Shown here: one piece after another, positions 13,101 to 24,359 of the stretch | Numbering within the stretch: position 1 is the stretch's first letter | Layout: each line of letters starts with the position of its first letter | NCBI RefSeq assembly: GCF_001194135.2 | Contig: NC_068985.1 | Span: forward strand, 72,455,781 to 72,519,780 | Length of the DNA stretch: 64,000 nt | Direction: 5' to 3' | DNA from: Octopus bimaculoides | Lineage: Eukaryota | Made by a program: the position numbers and the translations under genes | Notes under the pieces: model-generated | Seen by the model: the letters and a program-made list of their open reading frames with translations, nothing else | Told to the model about the DNA's origin: nothing | Database searches by the model: none

Positions 13101-16100
13101 ATATATATATGTGCGTGTGTGTATATGTTTGTGTGCCTGTGTTTGTCTCCCCAACATCGCTTGACAACCGATGCTGGTGTGTTTACGTCCCTGTAACTTC
13201 GCGGTTCGGCAAAAGAGACAGATAGAATAAGTACTAGGCTTCCAAAGAATAACTCCTGGGGTCGATTTGCTCGACTAAAGGCGGTGCTCCAGCAATGCTG
13301 CAGTCAAATGACTGACACAAGTGTAGCAAACTCATAAGAGGCGGAGAGAGAACGTAAGTTCGTTTGCCCGAACATGAGAAATTATTGATTTCTCATTGGT
13401 TAAAAATTACTGCCCATATACGAATTATGAACTTCGTTGAAGAAGTTGTTCACGGGGTTACAGTTCTATGATTCGTGTATGAGTAGTTATAAAAACCCTG
13501 ATTTTCGGCAAACTCTCCAGTGATCATTGGATGCTACTAAAATCCACGACACTTACCCTTTTGAGTATCGGCTAATATATATGCCATGATATATCTGACA
13601 ATATTGAATTGTCGTGAAACCTTATAGTTAGAATGAGAAATTAGTTAATATAAAATTTAAGTCGTAATTATCTACAACGAAATCATTTGTTTCTAAATAT
13701 CTATAAATGTCAAAAAACTGTATATAATAAATTAATGTAGAAACTTAATTCCTTTTACTTCTTGTTTCTTTCAACTTGTTGAATTTATTTCTGTATATTA
13801 ATGAAACTATTTTTTTATGTGTAATGGTCAAAAAAATATAATCTAAATCTTCAACATACATGTACGTATGAACGCACGTTCAGCGTCTTGGTATGATACA
13901 TCATAACATTTACGCAGCCTAAACTAAGAGTTATGCTAAGTGATAAATACTTATAATTAAGTTATAAGTAACGAGATTATCATTATAGCTTTTAATTAAG
14001 AAACAATATTTGTTATAACTTACGAATGAAAGCATTGTAAATAAAGATATAGTATATCTCACACTTCAACGACCTGTTGTGATAACAATCACATAAAACA
14101 AGTAAAAGAGTTATACTTTCATTTGTTTTTGCTTCAGGTTACGTATTTTTGACAGTGGTGTTATGGTGTTACAGAGCCAGTCCCACAATGAAGAACAAGC
14201 CATTGAGCGGACTATAGAGATGGTGAGTATTAATTTGAATTTAGGAAGAATTCTATTATTGTTGTTGACAGATTCAATTATAAATGTAACATCAAGATTA
14301 TCCCTTTAGCATTTAAACCGATGGTATCTGGCTCAAATGCTATACCAGTTTTATGTTCAAACCAGCCAGACCTGGCCTCTCATAACTGCCCTGCAATGTT
14401 ATTTTAAAAAATAAACAATCCCATCATCAAAATCTCAAAACTATGAGATAATGGCTAATTAATTCAAAACAATGTGAATAAGAAAGCATTACATTTGAGT
14501 GAGGAACCTGAATGCTAAGTGGGGTTAAATCTTTTCTTGCATGGCCACAACCATATTGACTGAAACCAGTGATAAAGTATTAGCTTTGTCTATAGAGATT
14601 GTTATTTTCATCCATTTTTACCAGACTTGCATAGGTAGGATAGCAATGTCTTAATAATTGTTGGGGCTCAGTATCTTATGCCTACCACAGCAGAGAAATA
14701 AACCATTCTTTACATCATATGTAAACAAACATAAGTTTGTTTTTGAAGCATTGAAATGTATTGTAGAACAAGTAGAAAGATAAATTTTTTTCAGCACGTA
14801 AATACTGAACAGCATAGATAAAGGATAAAATCTTTTTAAGAGCAGATACTGGAGTGGTGTGAGTTCGATCCCCATGACTGGTTGCCAGCAAATTTTTATG
14901 TTCTTAAAAGGATTTTATTCTGTATATATACTGTTCAGTATTTACATTTTGAAAAAAATATATCTTTCTACTTGTTCTACGCCCATTCTTTATTGTTGTG
15001 TATACCACAAACTTTTGTTGTGGACAGCTGTGTAAAGAAGTGCCAATCTCTAACTGTGGAGGGAACCTTTGGAAGAGATAGACCCAGAAAGACATGGGAT
15101 GAGGTGGTGAAGCATGATCTTCAGCTGCTGAGTACTACAGAGGCGATGACAAATGATTGAGACCTTTGGCGATTTGCTTTACTTGAGAAGACACATCAAG
15201 CCAAGTGAAATTGTAGTCGTGACCAGTGCTGATGACACATAAAAGGAGTTTTTGGCATTAGGAAGGGCATCCAGCCGTAGAAACCAAGCCAAACCAGACT
15301 GGAGCCTGGTACAACTCTCCAGCTTACCAACCCCAGTCAACCATCTAACCCATGCCAGCATGGAAAACAGGCATTAAATGATAATGATGTTTTTATGGCT
15401 TGGTAAGCCATAAAAACATTGATAGCTAATTTACATCATGGTTTGGTTGCATTTCGTTGTGTCATTGGGATTCAAGAGGTTCTTCCCTCCCTAGACTAAA
15501 AGAGTTCTCTCAATCATGTGTTATACTTACATCCACATGATGTTTTGATTGGTTTGGTTTTGATCTTCACATCTGGTATCTTATTCCTAGAGAAATACTT
15601 AATATTGGACTGGGTTTTAACTAGGAATCTTAATACCTGAACTAAGGTTAATAATATCCTTATTCCCTGGCTCATTGATGTATGTACATTCCTAGTTTGA
15701 ATTCACCCCAATACACATCCATGAATAAGACACCTGATGATGATCAAGAATCAAAACAATTGAAATGGTTTATATGTAAAAGTTTAAGGAAATTTTTCTC
15801 ATCTCTAAATATGAGATTAATAGTCTGAAAAATTAACTTTAATAACCATAACTCAGACATTTATCTCATCAACATCATCTTCATGTCTATTAACATTTAC
15901 TTTCTCATAGATTTGATAGATCTCCTGCACAGTATGTTGTCAGTATGTTGAAAAATAAAACATTTTAATATATTGCATGCATTAAGGCATCAGTCTGAGG
16001 ACAGAGACAGAATTGTAAGCATGCTGGGTAAGATGCTTAGTAGCATTTCATCTGTCTTCATGTTCTGAGTTTAAATTCCATCGAGGTTGACTTTACATTT

Positions 16101-19100
16101 CATCCTTTTCGGACTGATAAGTACCAGCTGAATACTGGGGTCAATGTAATCGACTTACCCCATCCCCCCAAGTTACTGACCTTGTGCCAAGATTTGAAAT
16201 CATTATATTGCATGCATTTGTGAAATACAACATTGATATTTGTGCTTGAATTAGTTTCCAACTATCTGTCACTGGTTAATCAATCATGCAGTGAGCATGA
16301 TTGCTTATCAATCTAGTCAATCTTTTATCATGTCATCTTTAATATCTGGAAATAAGTTAATCAGTCAATAAAAACATCAAGAAATGAGTTTAACTACAGA
16401 TCAGCTCTGGTAGAGTATATCCATGATCAGTGCCATTCATTTTGTGACCAACTCATCTTTTTTGAGGAATTGTGTTATTCATTATATCCTTTTTTCTTTT
16501 AAGATAGAAGAGTGTAATTTGAGCAAGTTTGGCTGCTGCTACTTCTAAGTTGAGCATAGAAGCTCCTTTGTTGGTTTATGAGGTCTGTTGGGATGAATTT
16601 TAAATGAAACATCTAATGAGGATTCCTGCATACCAATATATCCAAAGCCTTTATGTTGTTGCTTGACCTGCTAGAAATAGCAGTCAAATCTCCTTCATAT
16701 TATAATCTGCTTTAAAAAAAGAACATATTCAATAACATAGTATTAGATAACCACACTATGCCTGGAAAAAAATACAGGATAGTCATGACTAAAATGCTTC
16801 CAATCTTAAGTCTTCTTGATCTCATCTGATTATTGTTATTATTATTATTATTTATTATTATTATTAATGCAACAATGATGATGATAAAGCTCGTAGCTAT
16901 TTAAGTTTCTCATGATATGAAACTTAGAATATTGAAGAATTAAAACTAGATTTGCTGAAGTACAATTTTCTGAAGAAACAAAATATAATGTATTTGGATC
17001 TTTATTTCCAGGTGGAACAGAATGGTTCTTTAACTGCTGAAGAACTCTCACAGTGCATTGGTGTTTCAGTCATTTTAGCCAAAGAAAGGTAAGCTTATAC
17101 AAAAAGAAACCTCAAACCATTTTTCCATATCCATTTTCTTTAGAGAGCTCTTACCCCTACTGGCGACAAAGGGACTCTCACTCAGAGTAAAAGGCAGACT
17201 GTATGACGCATGCGTACGAACAGCCATGCTACATGGCAGTGAAACATGGGCTGTAACTGCTGAGGACATACGTAAGCTCGCAAGGAATGAAGCCAGTATG
17301 CTCCGTTGGATGTGTAATGTCAATGTGAATACCCGTCAGAGTGTAAGTATCTTGAGAGAAAAGCTGAACATTAGAAGCATCAGTTGTGGTGTGCAAGAGA
17401 GACGATTGCGCTGGTATGGACATGTGGTGAGAATGGATGAGGATAGCTGCGTGAAAAAGTNNNNNNNNNNNNNNNNNNNNNNNNNNNNNNNNNNNNNNNN
17501 NNNNNNNNNNNNNNNNNNNNNNNNNNNNNNNNNNNNNNNNNNNNNNNNNNNNNNNNNNNNNNNNNNNNNNNNNNNNNNNNNNNNNNNNNNNNNNNNNNNN
17601 NNNNNNNNNNNNNNNNNNNNNNNNNNNNNNNNNNNNNNNNNNNNNNNNNNNNNNNNNNNNNNNNNNNNNNNNNNNNNNNNNNNNNNNNNNNNNNNNNNNN
17701 NNNNNNNNNNNNNNNNNNNNNNNNNNNNNNNNNNNNNNNNNNNNNNNNNNNNNNNNNNNNNNNNNNNNNNNNNNNNNNNNNNNNNNNNNNNNNNNNNNNN
17801 NNNNNNNNNNNNNNNNNNNNNNNNNNNNNNNNNNNNNNNNNNNNNNNNNNNNNNNNNNNNNNNNNNNNNNNNNNNNNNNNNNNNNNNNNNNNNGCACATA
17901 AAAGACACCATTTCGAGCGTGGCCGTTTTCGTGCGGGTGACACGTAAAAGCACCCACTACACTCTCTGAGTGGTTGGTGTTAGGAAGGGCATCCAGCTGT
18001 AGAAACTCTGCCAAATTAGATTGGAGCCTGGTGTTGCCATCCGGTTTCACCAGTCCTCAGTCAAATCGTCCAACCCATGCTAGTATGGAAAGCGGACGTT
18101 AAACGATGATGATGATGATGATGATGATAAGCAGATTAGAGACAAATCACTAGACTAGAATCTCTTGTGTATTATGGAAGGTATTTTTTCAAGGAACATT
18201 GTATGACAAACCAGTGCATCACACACATCTATTTCAGTTCGCTGTCACTGCTTATACCAGAGATTACCAATTTTTTTGATTTTGCAGCACAAAAATTATT
18301 GGTGCATGGAAATTAAAAAAAAGAACACAGCTATATTTTATATTAAAAAATTTAGAAAAAACAGAAAACTTTTGGTTGCTTTTATATTATTTATCATAGT
18401 ATTTATAACAAAATCATGAATAATATATATTTTTAAGACTCTCAGTCATTAGTATGGACTTCCTAGAATTTATATTTTTTAAAAATCTGTGGCATACCTA
18501 GATACCCCTCACAGCATACCAGTGTAATGGAATATACCATTTGATGTACCATGTACTTGTTGATACACTAGTGAGATATACTTACTTAACATCTACTATT
18601 GAGACTTTTATACACTTGTATCTTTTCAACAATAATATGTAAGTTCTAAATTTTTCTGTTTACTTTTTCATTAAATATCCTGTATTTGTGAACGATGGTA
18701 TCATTAGTCATAGATTTCCAAAGGCCCAGTCATTGGTTCATTGCATTTTCTATGGCAAGTGTGACAAAGGAATGTCTGCACAACTTGGTGGAATAAATAC
18801 CACAGGATGTTTAATTTTGATATATCAGTTTGTTAGTAATTTCTTGTTGCTGTGTATTATCATTCACCTGTCTAGCTGCAGTTTTTTGCTGTAATTAAAT
18901 GAGAGCAGAACTGTATATCTTTTCAATTATGATGCCAGTTATCTTTCTCACTATCTAGAACCACTTCACTTGACAACCATCTTCCATTTTTTAATATTGT
19001 TCCTCTCCACTCACATTTTACATCGATCATGCTACCCATCTTTGCTACCAAATTATCTCTCCTCAACTGAACCACTTCCTCTTGACTTGCCCATATTACC

Positions 19101-22100
19101 ATACATCTCTCACTTTCCTCATGCACTTGCTCTTTTTCTCTACTCACAATCATGCAACCTGATTAAACATCATCTCCCATTTTCCCATCTTTCTGCTGTC
19201 TACTGTGTTGTTGTTATTATTGTCGTTAGCATGCTGGGTAAAATGCTTAGCCTCATTTTGTCTGTCCTTACGTTCTGAGTTCAAATTCATCTGAGGTCGA
19301 CTTTACTTTTCATCCTTTCAGGGTTGATAAAATAAGTACCAGTTGAGCACTGGGGTTGATTTAATTGGCTTAGCCCCTCCCCCAAAATTGCTGACCTTAT
19401 GCCAAAGCTTGAAATCATTATTATTGTTATTATTATACTGCTCCTCTTCATTGTTTTATATTGTCAATCAGCACCTAATCCTCCTGATCTTCCCACTAAC
19501 TCATATTTATCATTAACTCTACCCACCACCTCAACCCTTGTTCATCATTCTGTATCTCACCTCCATCTCTTATCATCTCTCCATACTCTCTTGCTACTCT
19601 TTTCAAACTACCCTTGTTGTTCTTCTACCCTTCAGAGCCTACCATTTTATGTTTCTTTCCAACTCACATCAATTATTCCACCTCTTGTATTATGTGAGCT
19701 GCTATGTCTCCTCGACAAGAAACCAGTTTCTTGCTGAGGGAGAAGCATTGAGTGGAGGAAATTATTGAGTGATTGACTCTGTGTGTAATGGGAATTATGA
19801 TCTTATGTCTAAGGCAAGTAATTTCTCTTGAAATCCATCAAAGTGTGGTGGTCACAAAATTGAAAGTGAGGACCATCATGTTAGTGCTCTTGTTTGAAGA
19901 ATGTGAACTCAACATTGCAATGATTTTACAGTGCTATTACTACTTAACAACAATGCTTTATACCTTCCTGTTTGTGATTATCATTAATTGTTAAGACTGC
20001 AGTATCTACAACAAAACCTGAACTAACAGATTATTGGCCAGCCAGCTAATTATTTAGCTGATTGTTTAGTATCTTGTGGCTTTTTTAAAGGCAGTCATAA
20101 TCAGCACCAGGGAGAGGGAAAATATTAGTGATAGATATAAAATTATAAAAACCTTTTGATACTATTAACCATAAATTAAGCATTAAAGGGATGAGTAAGA
20201 ACTCTGCTTGTGTTTAACAAATGGTAAATAGGCATGGCTGTATGGTAAGAAGCTTGCTTTTCAACCACATAGTTACAGGTTCAGTCCCACTGCATGGCAC
20301 CTTGGGCATGTGTCTTCTACTATAGCTGCGGGTCAACCAAAGCCTTGTGAGTGGATTTGGTAGAGGGAAACTGAAAGAAGTATATACAGGGTTTGGTGAA
20401 TAAACTGTTGTCTAAATTACGCAAAAATGAAAATAACAGTGACATCTCATTTTAACAGATATATTTACCAAAATTACATAAAAATATCTTGAAATACTAA
20501 AGAGTAAATTTATTCAATAAAATCGCCAGACGACTTTAGAATCTCCTGCAACTCTTCTGGATGGTCCCCTTGTTGAAGTTGGTGAATGTGGTCATAATCC
20601 TTGTCTTCAGTTCATCTTTGGTGTTACAAGGAGTATTGTAGGTTTCTCGCTCAACTACGTCCCATGCATAATAATCAAAGGGATTGCAGTCTGGGGAATT
20701 AGGTGGCCAGATGTTAGGGGGTGATGTGGTTGCAGAAATTGTCTGACAGCCATGACTGGTTTCTCCTGCTTGTGTGGCATGGTGCAGAGTCCTGTTGCTA
20801 AACAGGGTCTTCCAGCAGCCACCCTCTTGACCCAGGGCACTACCCCCTCCAGGCACTTGATGTAGGCCTCCATGTTGAGTGTGAGGTCGTGTGGGAAGAT
20901 GGAGGCATCACTAGTGATCACTCCAAACACCATGATGTTGACTGGATGTTTGATTTTTATCACTCTTGGTACATGTCCTCAGATTACACTGTTCTCAGAC
21001 TGACACCCAAACACTCTGAAATGTTCGTACTGGAGCTTCCGGCACGAATGACAAGCAGTGCAGTATGTTGTTTCCAAATTTGTGCATGAGTTAATTGTGT
21101 TATGGTGCTGTTTTTCTCACAGATAGTGCCTAACCAACCTTACTATACTGCACATGCATGAAATTAAAAATATAAAATGGTAACAATTTATCTGTTGCAC
21201 CCTGTATATGTGTGTGTGTGTCTTTGTGTTTGTGTTTGTCCCCCCCCCCACCTCATCACTGCTTGACAACTAGTGTTGGTGTGTTTACATCCACTTAACT
21301 TAGCGGTTTTTTGAAAGAGACTGATAGAATAAGTACTAGACTTAAGAAATAAGTCCTGGGGATGGTTTGTTTGACTGAAACCCTTCAAGGTGGTGCTCCA
21401 GCATGGTCACAGTCAAATGACTGAAACAAGTAAAAGAATACAACATCTCCTTTGGGCAAGCTGCTTGCATACCATTTCCACACCAGCCCATCTGTCACTC
21501 TTGTCTTTTAACTATCCATTGCCTGTCTTATTAAAAACATCTGCATTTACCATTTCATCTAATCTTTACTCCTCACATCTCAACCCTTTTGAATACCCTT
21601 TGTTCAGTTTTTTTTCTCTGTAGATGTTACAATTATTGATATTTAAATTGAATGTCAACTATATCACTCTCACCATCTAAGAAGGCATTGGTTTCTCCTT
21701 CCCTTTAACTTTTCTTTCCTCACTGTCAGTAGCGCTGTCTTAAGGCATGGGCACACTGGACAGTTACTCAGGGTCCCTACAGGCCTAGGAGCTTAATTGT
21801 CATCTCTGTATGTATTGAATGACTGTCAATAAATAAGTACTATAGGGTCCTAGTGCATTGATTTGTCTGAGAGCCTATAATGCTGCTAAGGTGGCCTTGC
21901 TGTCAGATTGACAAATAACTCCTGGTAACTTCTTTGACAAGTGCTTAGAATAGAGTTTTCGAAGATAATTTCTTGTTATTTTCTTTTAGCTATTCTTTTA
22001 CAAGATATCATGGCATTCACAATGTTGATAAAAGACCACAAAGCATTTTGTTCAATGTTCTAACAATTCTCCCAATTCCTTTCCTAGGCTGCTACTTTAT

Positions 22101-23301
22101 TTTATCAACACCAGATGTATGAAAGGCAAAGTTGACCTCTGCAGTATTTTAGTTCAGAACATAATGTACTGTAACAAATATTGCAATGGATTTTGAGTAA
22201 TTCTCTACTGATTCTGTCAATTTACTGCCTTCCTCCTAATTAAACATGGCAAAAAGTAGACCCCCTCTTCATAAGTCAGTAAGGAAAGCAATTGAAGTTT
22301 CCCAGACCATCACTGATGCAGTTTGCGGGGTGAAAAATGATTCTGAACATTTTATTTCGTAAATAACAATTTCAGACAGGTCCCCTGATAAGACACAAAC
22401 CATCTACTTACTGCTTGCTAAGTGACCACATTATCAGTTACACAATAGAGTTCTTGCCATTCCTCAAATGAGAAACTATAAATCTATTCTGATATTTAAT
22501 AACTGTAATATTTTATCCCTATGAGATAATTTATCAGTCACTTAGTGCTTGCAGGATAGGTTATACTACTAATGTCTAGCATTGCAATAGGCTTCAGTTT
22601 GAGTCAATGCTTTCATCAATGAGCTTTTTTGCTCTTATTGGTCTCAGGTTGGCTCAAATGTCTAATATTAATTTACATTAAAAGAAAATCTTATCAGACA
22701 ATTCATTCATGTTTCCACTTAAAACAGCCAATGAAAGAGCTTGTATATGACTGCTCAGATTACCAGAAATAGCAACCTAATAACCTTCAGATCACACCCT
22801 ATCACTTTAAAAAAAAAAAAAAGGAAGAATACAGATAATTTAGTACAAGATATGCAAAAACGACTGGATGGTCATATTTGGAACTCCTTTGGTCATGCAT
22901 CAATCAGAGTTTGCTTGGGGCTAAACAACATCAAAGGAGCCTCTATGTAATTGCTTGACCTGCTTAACATAGTAGCCAAATTTCCCTTAATTCATATCAT
23001 AAAATCTTAAAGGAAATATTTGAAAATGTACTCCTTGATATACAAAAGACTGGATGGTCATGGCCAGAACCTCTTTGATCATTGGTCTGCTTGAACAAGG
23101 TTGGCTTGATGCCAGATAAGAACATCATGCAGTTTTTGTACCTAGTTGAAACAAAACCAATAATTACATTTTTGCTTTAATTTTCTTTATTTCTATTTCA
23201 GATTGCTTTTCACAGAAAAGTTTGGTGGGATTTGTCGAGATGAATCTATTGAAGGTTTGCGATTTTACCCAAACAACTTTCTCAACAATGAGATGAGCTG
23301 A
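834..23301 (+). CDS. VPS36: VPS36 (ESCRT-II subunit), 3' part; nine coding exons in window, 5' exons upstream of the window
   Basis: Spliced translation [164 protein letters not shown] matches the Vps36 helical and winged-helix region as I recall it; all introns GT-AG, phases consistent. Confidence 0.96.
1120..1375 (-). mobile_element. SINE family A, degenerate copy
   Basis: Same core (cagtttccatctatcaaatccact...gggactgaacc). Confidence 0.75.
1828..1953 (+). mobile_element. RTE LINE 3' end with (GAT)n tail
   Basis: Near-identical to 17990-18128, which follows RTE coding sequence. Confidence 0.85.
2290..2582 (-). mobile_element. SINE family A, degenerate copy
   Basis: Core motifs plus (CA)n. 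Confidence 0.7.
2870..3240 (+). mobile_element. Old repeat family D (ctagaaatagcagccaaat...ggataatgtagtcctag...gacctggggctaaacaa), two fragments
   Basis: Same motifs recur near 5800-5975, 12230-12410, 12670-12890(-), 16650-16800, 22740-23120 and 23860-24060(-); probably a SINE. Confidence 0.6.
3546..3668 (+). CDS. VPS36: VPS36 exon ([22 protein letters not shown])
   Basis: ttgcag acceptor, gtaatc donor, 123 nt. Confidence 0.93.
3971..4097. mobile_element. Tc1/mariner-type MITE
   Basis: TIR CAGGGTGTCCACAAAGTCTGG / CCAGACTTTGTGGACACCCTG, TA on both sides. Confidence 0.85.
4203..4410 (-). mobile_element. SINE family B (ttcaaattccgccgaggtcgac..aagtaccagttgagcactgg)
   Basis: Reverse complement of copies near 16000-16200 and 33475. 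Confidence 0.8.
4565..4804. mobile_element. 240-bp MITE with ~100-bp TIRs, TGT...ACA ends and 4-bp TSD (Ginger-like)
   Basis: TGTAGCAAACTCATAAGAGGC...GCCTCTTATGAGTTTGCTACA flanked by TAAG/TAAG. Confidence 0.8.
4922..5264. mobile_element. hAT-type MITE
   Basis: TIR CAGTTGTTCTCAAC / GTTGAGAACCACTA; perfect 8-bp TSD GTTTAAAC. Confidence 0.88.
5468..5542 (+). CDS. VPS36: VPS36 exon ([25 protein letters not shown])
   Basis: ctgcag / gtaagt, 75 nt. Confidence 0.95.
6232..6366 (+). CDS. VPS36: VPS36 exon ([25 protein letters not shown])
   Basis: tttcag / gtatgt, 135 nt. Confidence 0.96.
8390..8455 (+). CDS. VPS36: VPS36 exon ([22 protein letters not shown])
   Basis: ttccag / gtaata, 66 nt. Confidence 0.96.
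8758..9070 (+). mobile_element. RTE LINE 3' fragment with (GAT)n tail
   Basis: Matches 17894-18128. Confidence 0.85.
9072..10583 (-). mobile_element. Tc1 transposon remnant with frameshifted transposase
   Basis: TIR CACTGAACCGCAACAGA / TCTTTTGCAGTTCAGTG followed by TA; minus-strand [32 protein letters not shown] motifs. Confidence 0.9.
10645..10903. mobile_element. hAT-type MITE, same family as 4922-5264
   Basis: CAGTGGTTCTCAAC...GTTGAGAAACACTG; TSD degenerate. Confidence 0.75.
11206..11270 (+). CDS. VPS36: VPS36 exon ([22 protein letters not shown])
   Basis: tttcag / gtcagc, 65 nt, phase 0/2. Confidence 0.95.
11358..11610 (-). mobile_element. RTE LINE 3' fragment, antisense, (CAT)n on + strand
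   Basis: Reverse complement of the RTE tail family. Confidence 0.75.
12924..13321 (+). mobile_element. SINE family A, near-complete
   Basis: tRNA-like head (A box TGGCTGTGTGG, B-box-like GGTTCAGTCCC), internal (TA)/(TG), tail gtcaaatgactga; tail resumes at 14098. Confidence 0.9.
13322..14097. mobile_element. Insertion starting with one Ginger-like TIR, flanked by ACAAG direct repeats
   Basis: First ~130 nt match the right arm of the 4565-4804 MITE; no second TIR. Confidence 0.65.
14138..14222 (+). CDS. VPS36: VPS36 exon ([28 protein letters not shown])
   Basis: cttcag / gtgagt, 85 nt, phase 2/0. Confidence 0.95.
15020..15390 (+). mobile_element. RTE LINE 3' fragment
   Basis: [33 protein letters not shown], then the family tail. 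Confidence 0.85.
16000..16200 (+). mobile_element. SINE family B
   Basis: Core motifs; another copy at about 19220-19415. Confidence 0.75.
17012..17088 (+). CDS. VPS36: VPS36 exon ([26 protein letters not shown])
   Basis: ttccag / gtaagc, 77 nt, phase 0/2. Confidence 0.95.
17128..18128 (+). mobile_element. 5'-truncated RTE LINE (ORF2 C-terminus, gap, 3' UTR, (GAT)n tail)
   Basis: [53 protein letters not shown]. Confidence 0.9.
20231..21440 (+). mobile_element. SINE family A split by a mariner insertion
   Basis: Head at 20231-20386; microsatellite and tail at 21205-21440. Confidence 0.85.
20387..21204 (-). mobile_element. Mariner-like (probably maT/DD37D) internally deleted transposon
   Basis: TA-CAGGGT...ACCCTG-TA ends; minus-strand [14 protein letters not shown] and [16 protein letters not shown] motifs. 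Confidence 0.88.
23202..23301 (+). CDS. VPS36: VPS36 last coding exon ([32 protein letters not shown])
   Basis: tttcag acceptor, phase 2, TGA at 23299-23301. Confidence 0.95.
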
Positions 23302-23404
23302 GCCAAGAATACTGCATTCTGATTTGATACATTTACCTAACATATACTATAAGCATTCAATCGACCATGTTAGTTCTGTGTCTTGTTTGCATTATGCTGT
23401 ATTT

Positions 23405-23410
23405 AATAAA
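23405..23410 (+). terminator. Candidate VPS36 polyadenylation signal AATAAA
   Basis: First AATAAA about 100 nt after the stop; usage not shown. Confidence 0.5.
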
Positions 23411-24359
23411 AATGTACCATGTATGCAGTTGTGACAGCATTTCAGTGTTATTAGTCTATACAAGTCCCATGTAATGAAACCTTAATGAAATTGTTTGTAT
23501 TTTTGCAGTATAGTCCAAGGTCAACCCCTATTGAATAGCGTCATGATCAGTGACATTCCATCCATGATCAACCTGTCTTTTTTGTTTTCCCAAGCATAGT
23601 TAATCCTTATTGTCCATGTTTTCTAAATATTAGTCAAAAGAGGAAAGAGCAATGTCATTGACCTTTGCAAACACTCCTAGGCTGTTGGAATTTGTGCAGC
23701 TGATGCCAAGATTGATCTTCTACAAGACATATGAAGGCTAGAAGGAGGAAACCAGGGCGTAGTTAGAATGTTGCCAAAGCATATATTTGTGTGAATGACT
23801 GTTGCTGATGTTTAACACCCAAATCAAGTTGCTAAAGCATGTTTTTGTGTGAGTGATTGCTACTGATGTTTAACCCCCAAATCAACTCTCAGAAAGCAGA
23901 CCTACAATCAAGACAATTGTAGCTATGACCAAAAAATGTCTTATTTTCAATGTATGTGGAACTACATTATCTAGCATTGTTTTTTTTTTTTTAAGATGTC
24001 AGTTTGTAATTTGAGGCAGATTTGGTTTAGAAATTTCAAGCAGGTTGATTGTCCATGTACAGGCTCCATCAATGGCTCAAAATGTCTGTGGGTGAATGTG
24101 TGATGTCACAGTAATTGAAATGTTTATAGAAGAACACCTTTATATAATGTTCCTCTGATATGAGGATCTTCCCATTTTCCTATGTGATGACAGTTCTCAT
24201 GCTGTCTGATTTTTTTTTTTACCTATTTAATGTCACACAACACAATCCTGTGTTGTCACTAATACATTGTTTCAATAAAATGTTATTAAGCCTTTACCAA
24301 TACCGTTTCAAATTCTTTTTCTCTATCTTGAATTTATCTTAATATTCTTTCTAATTTTA

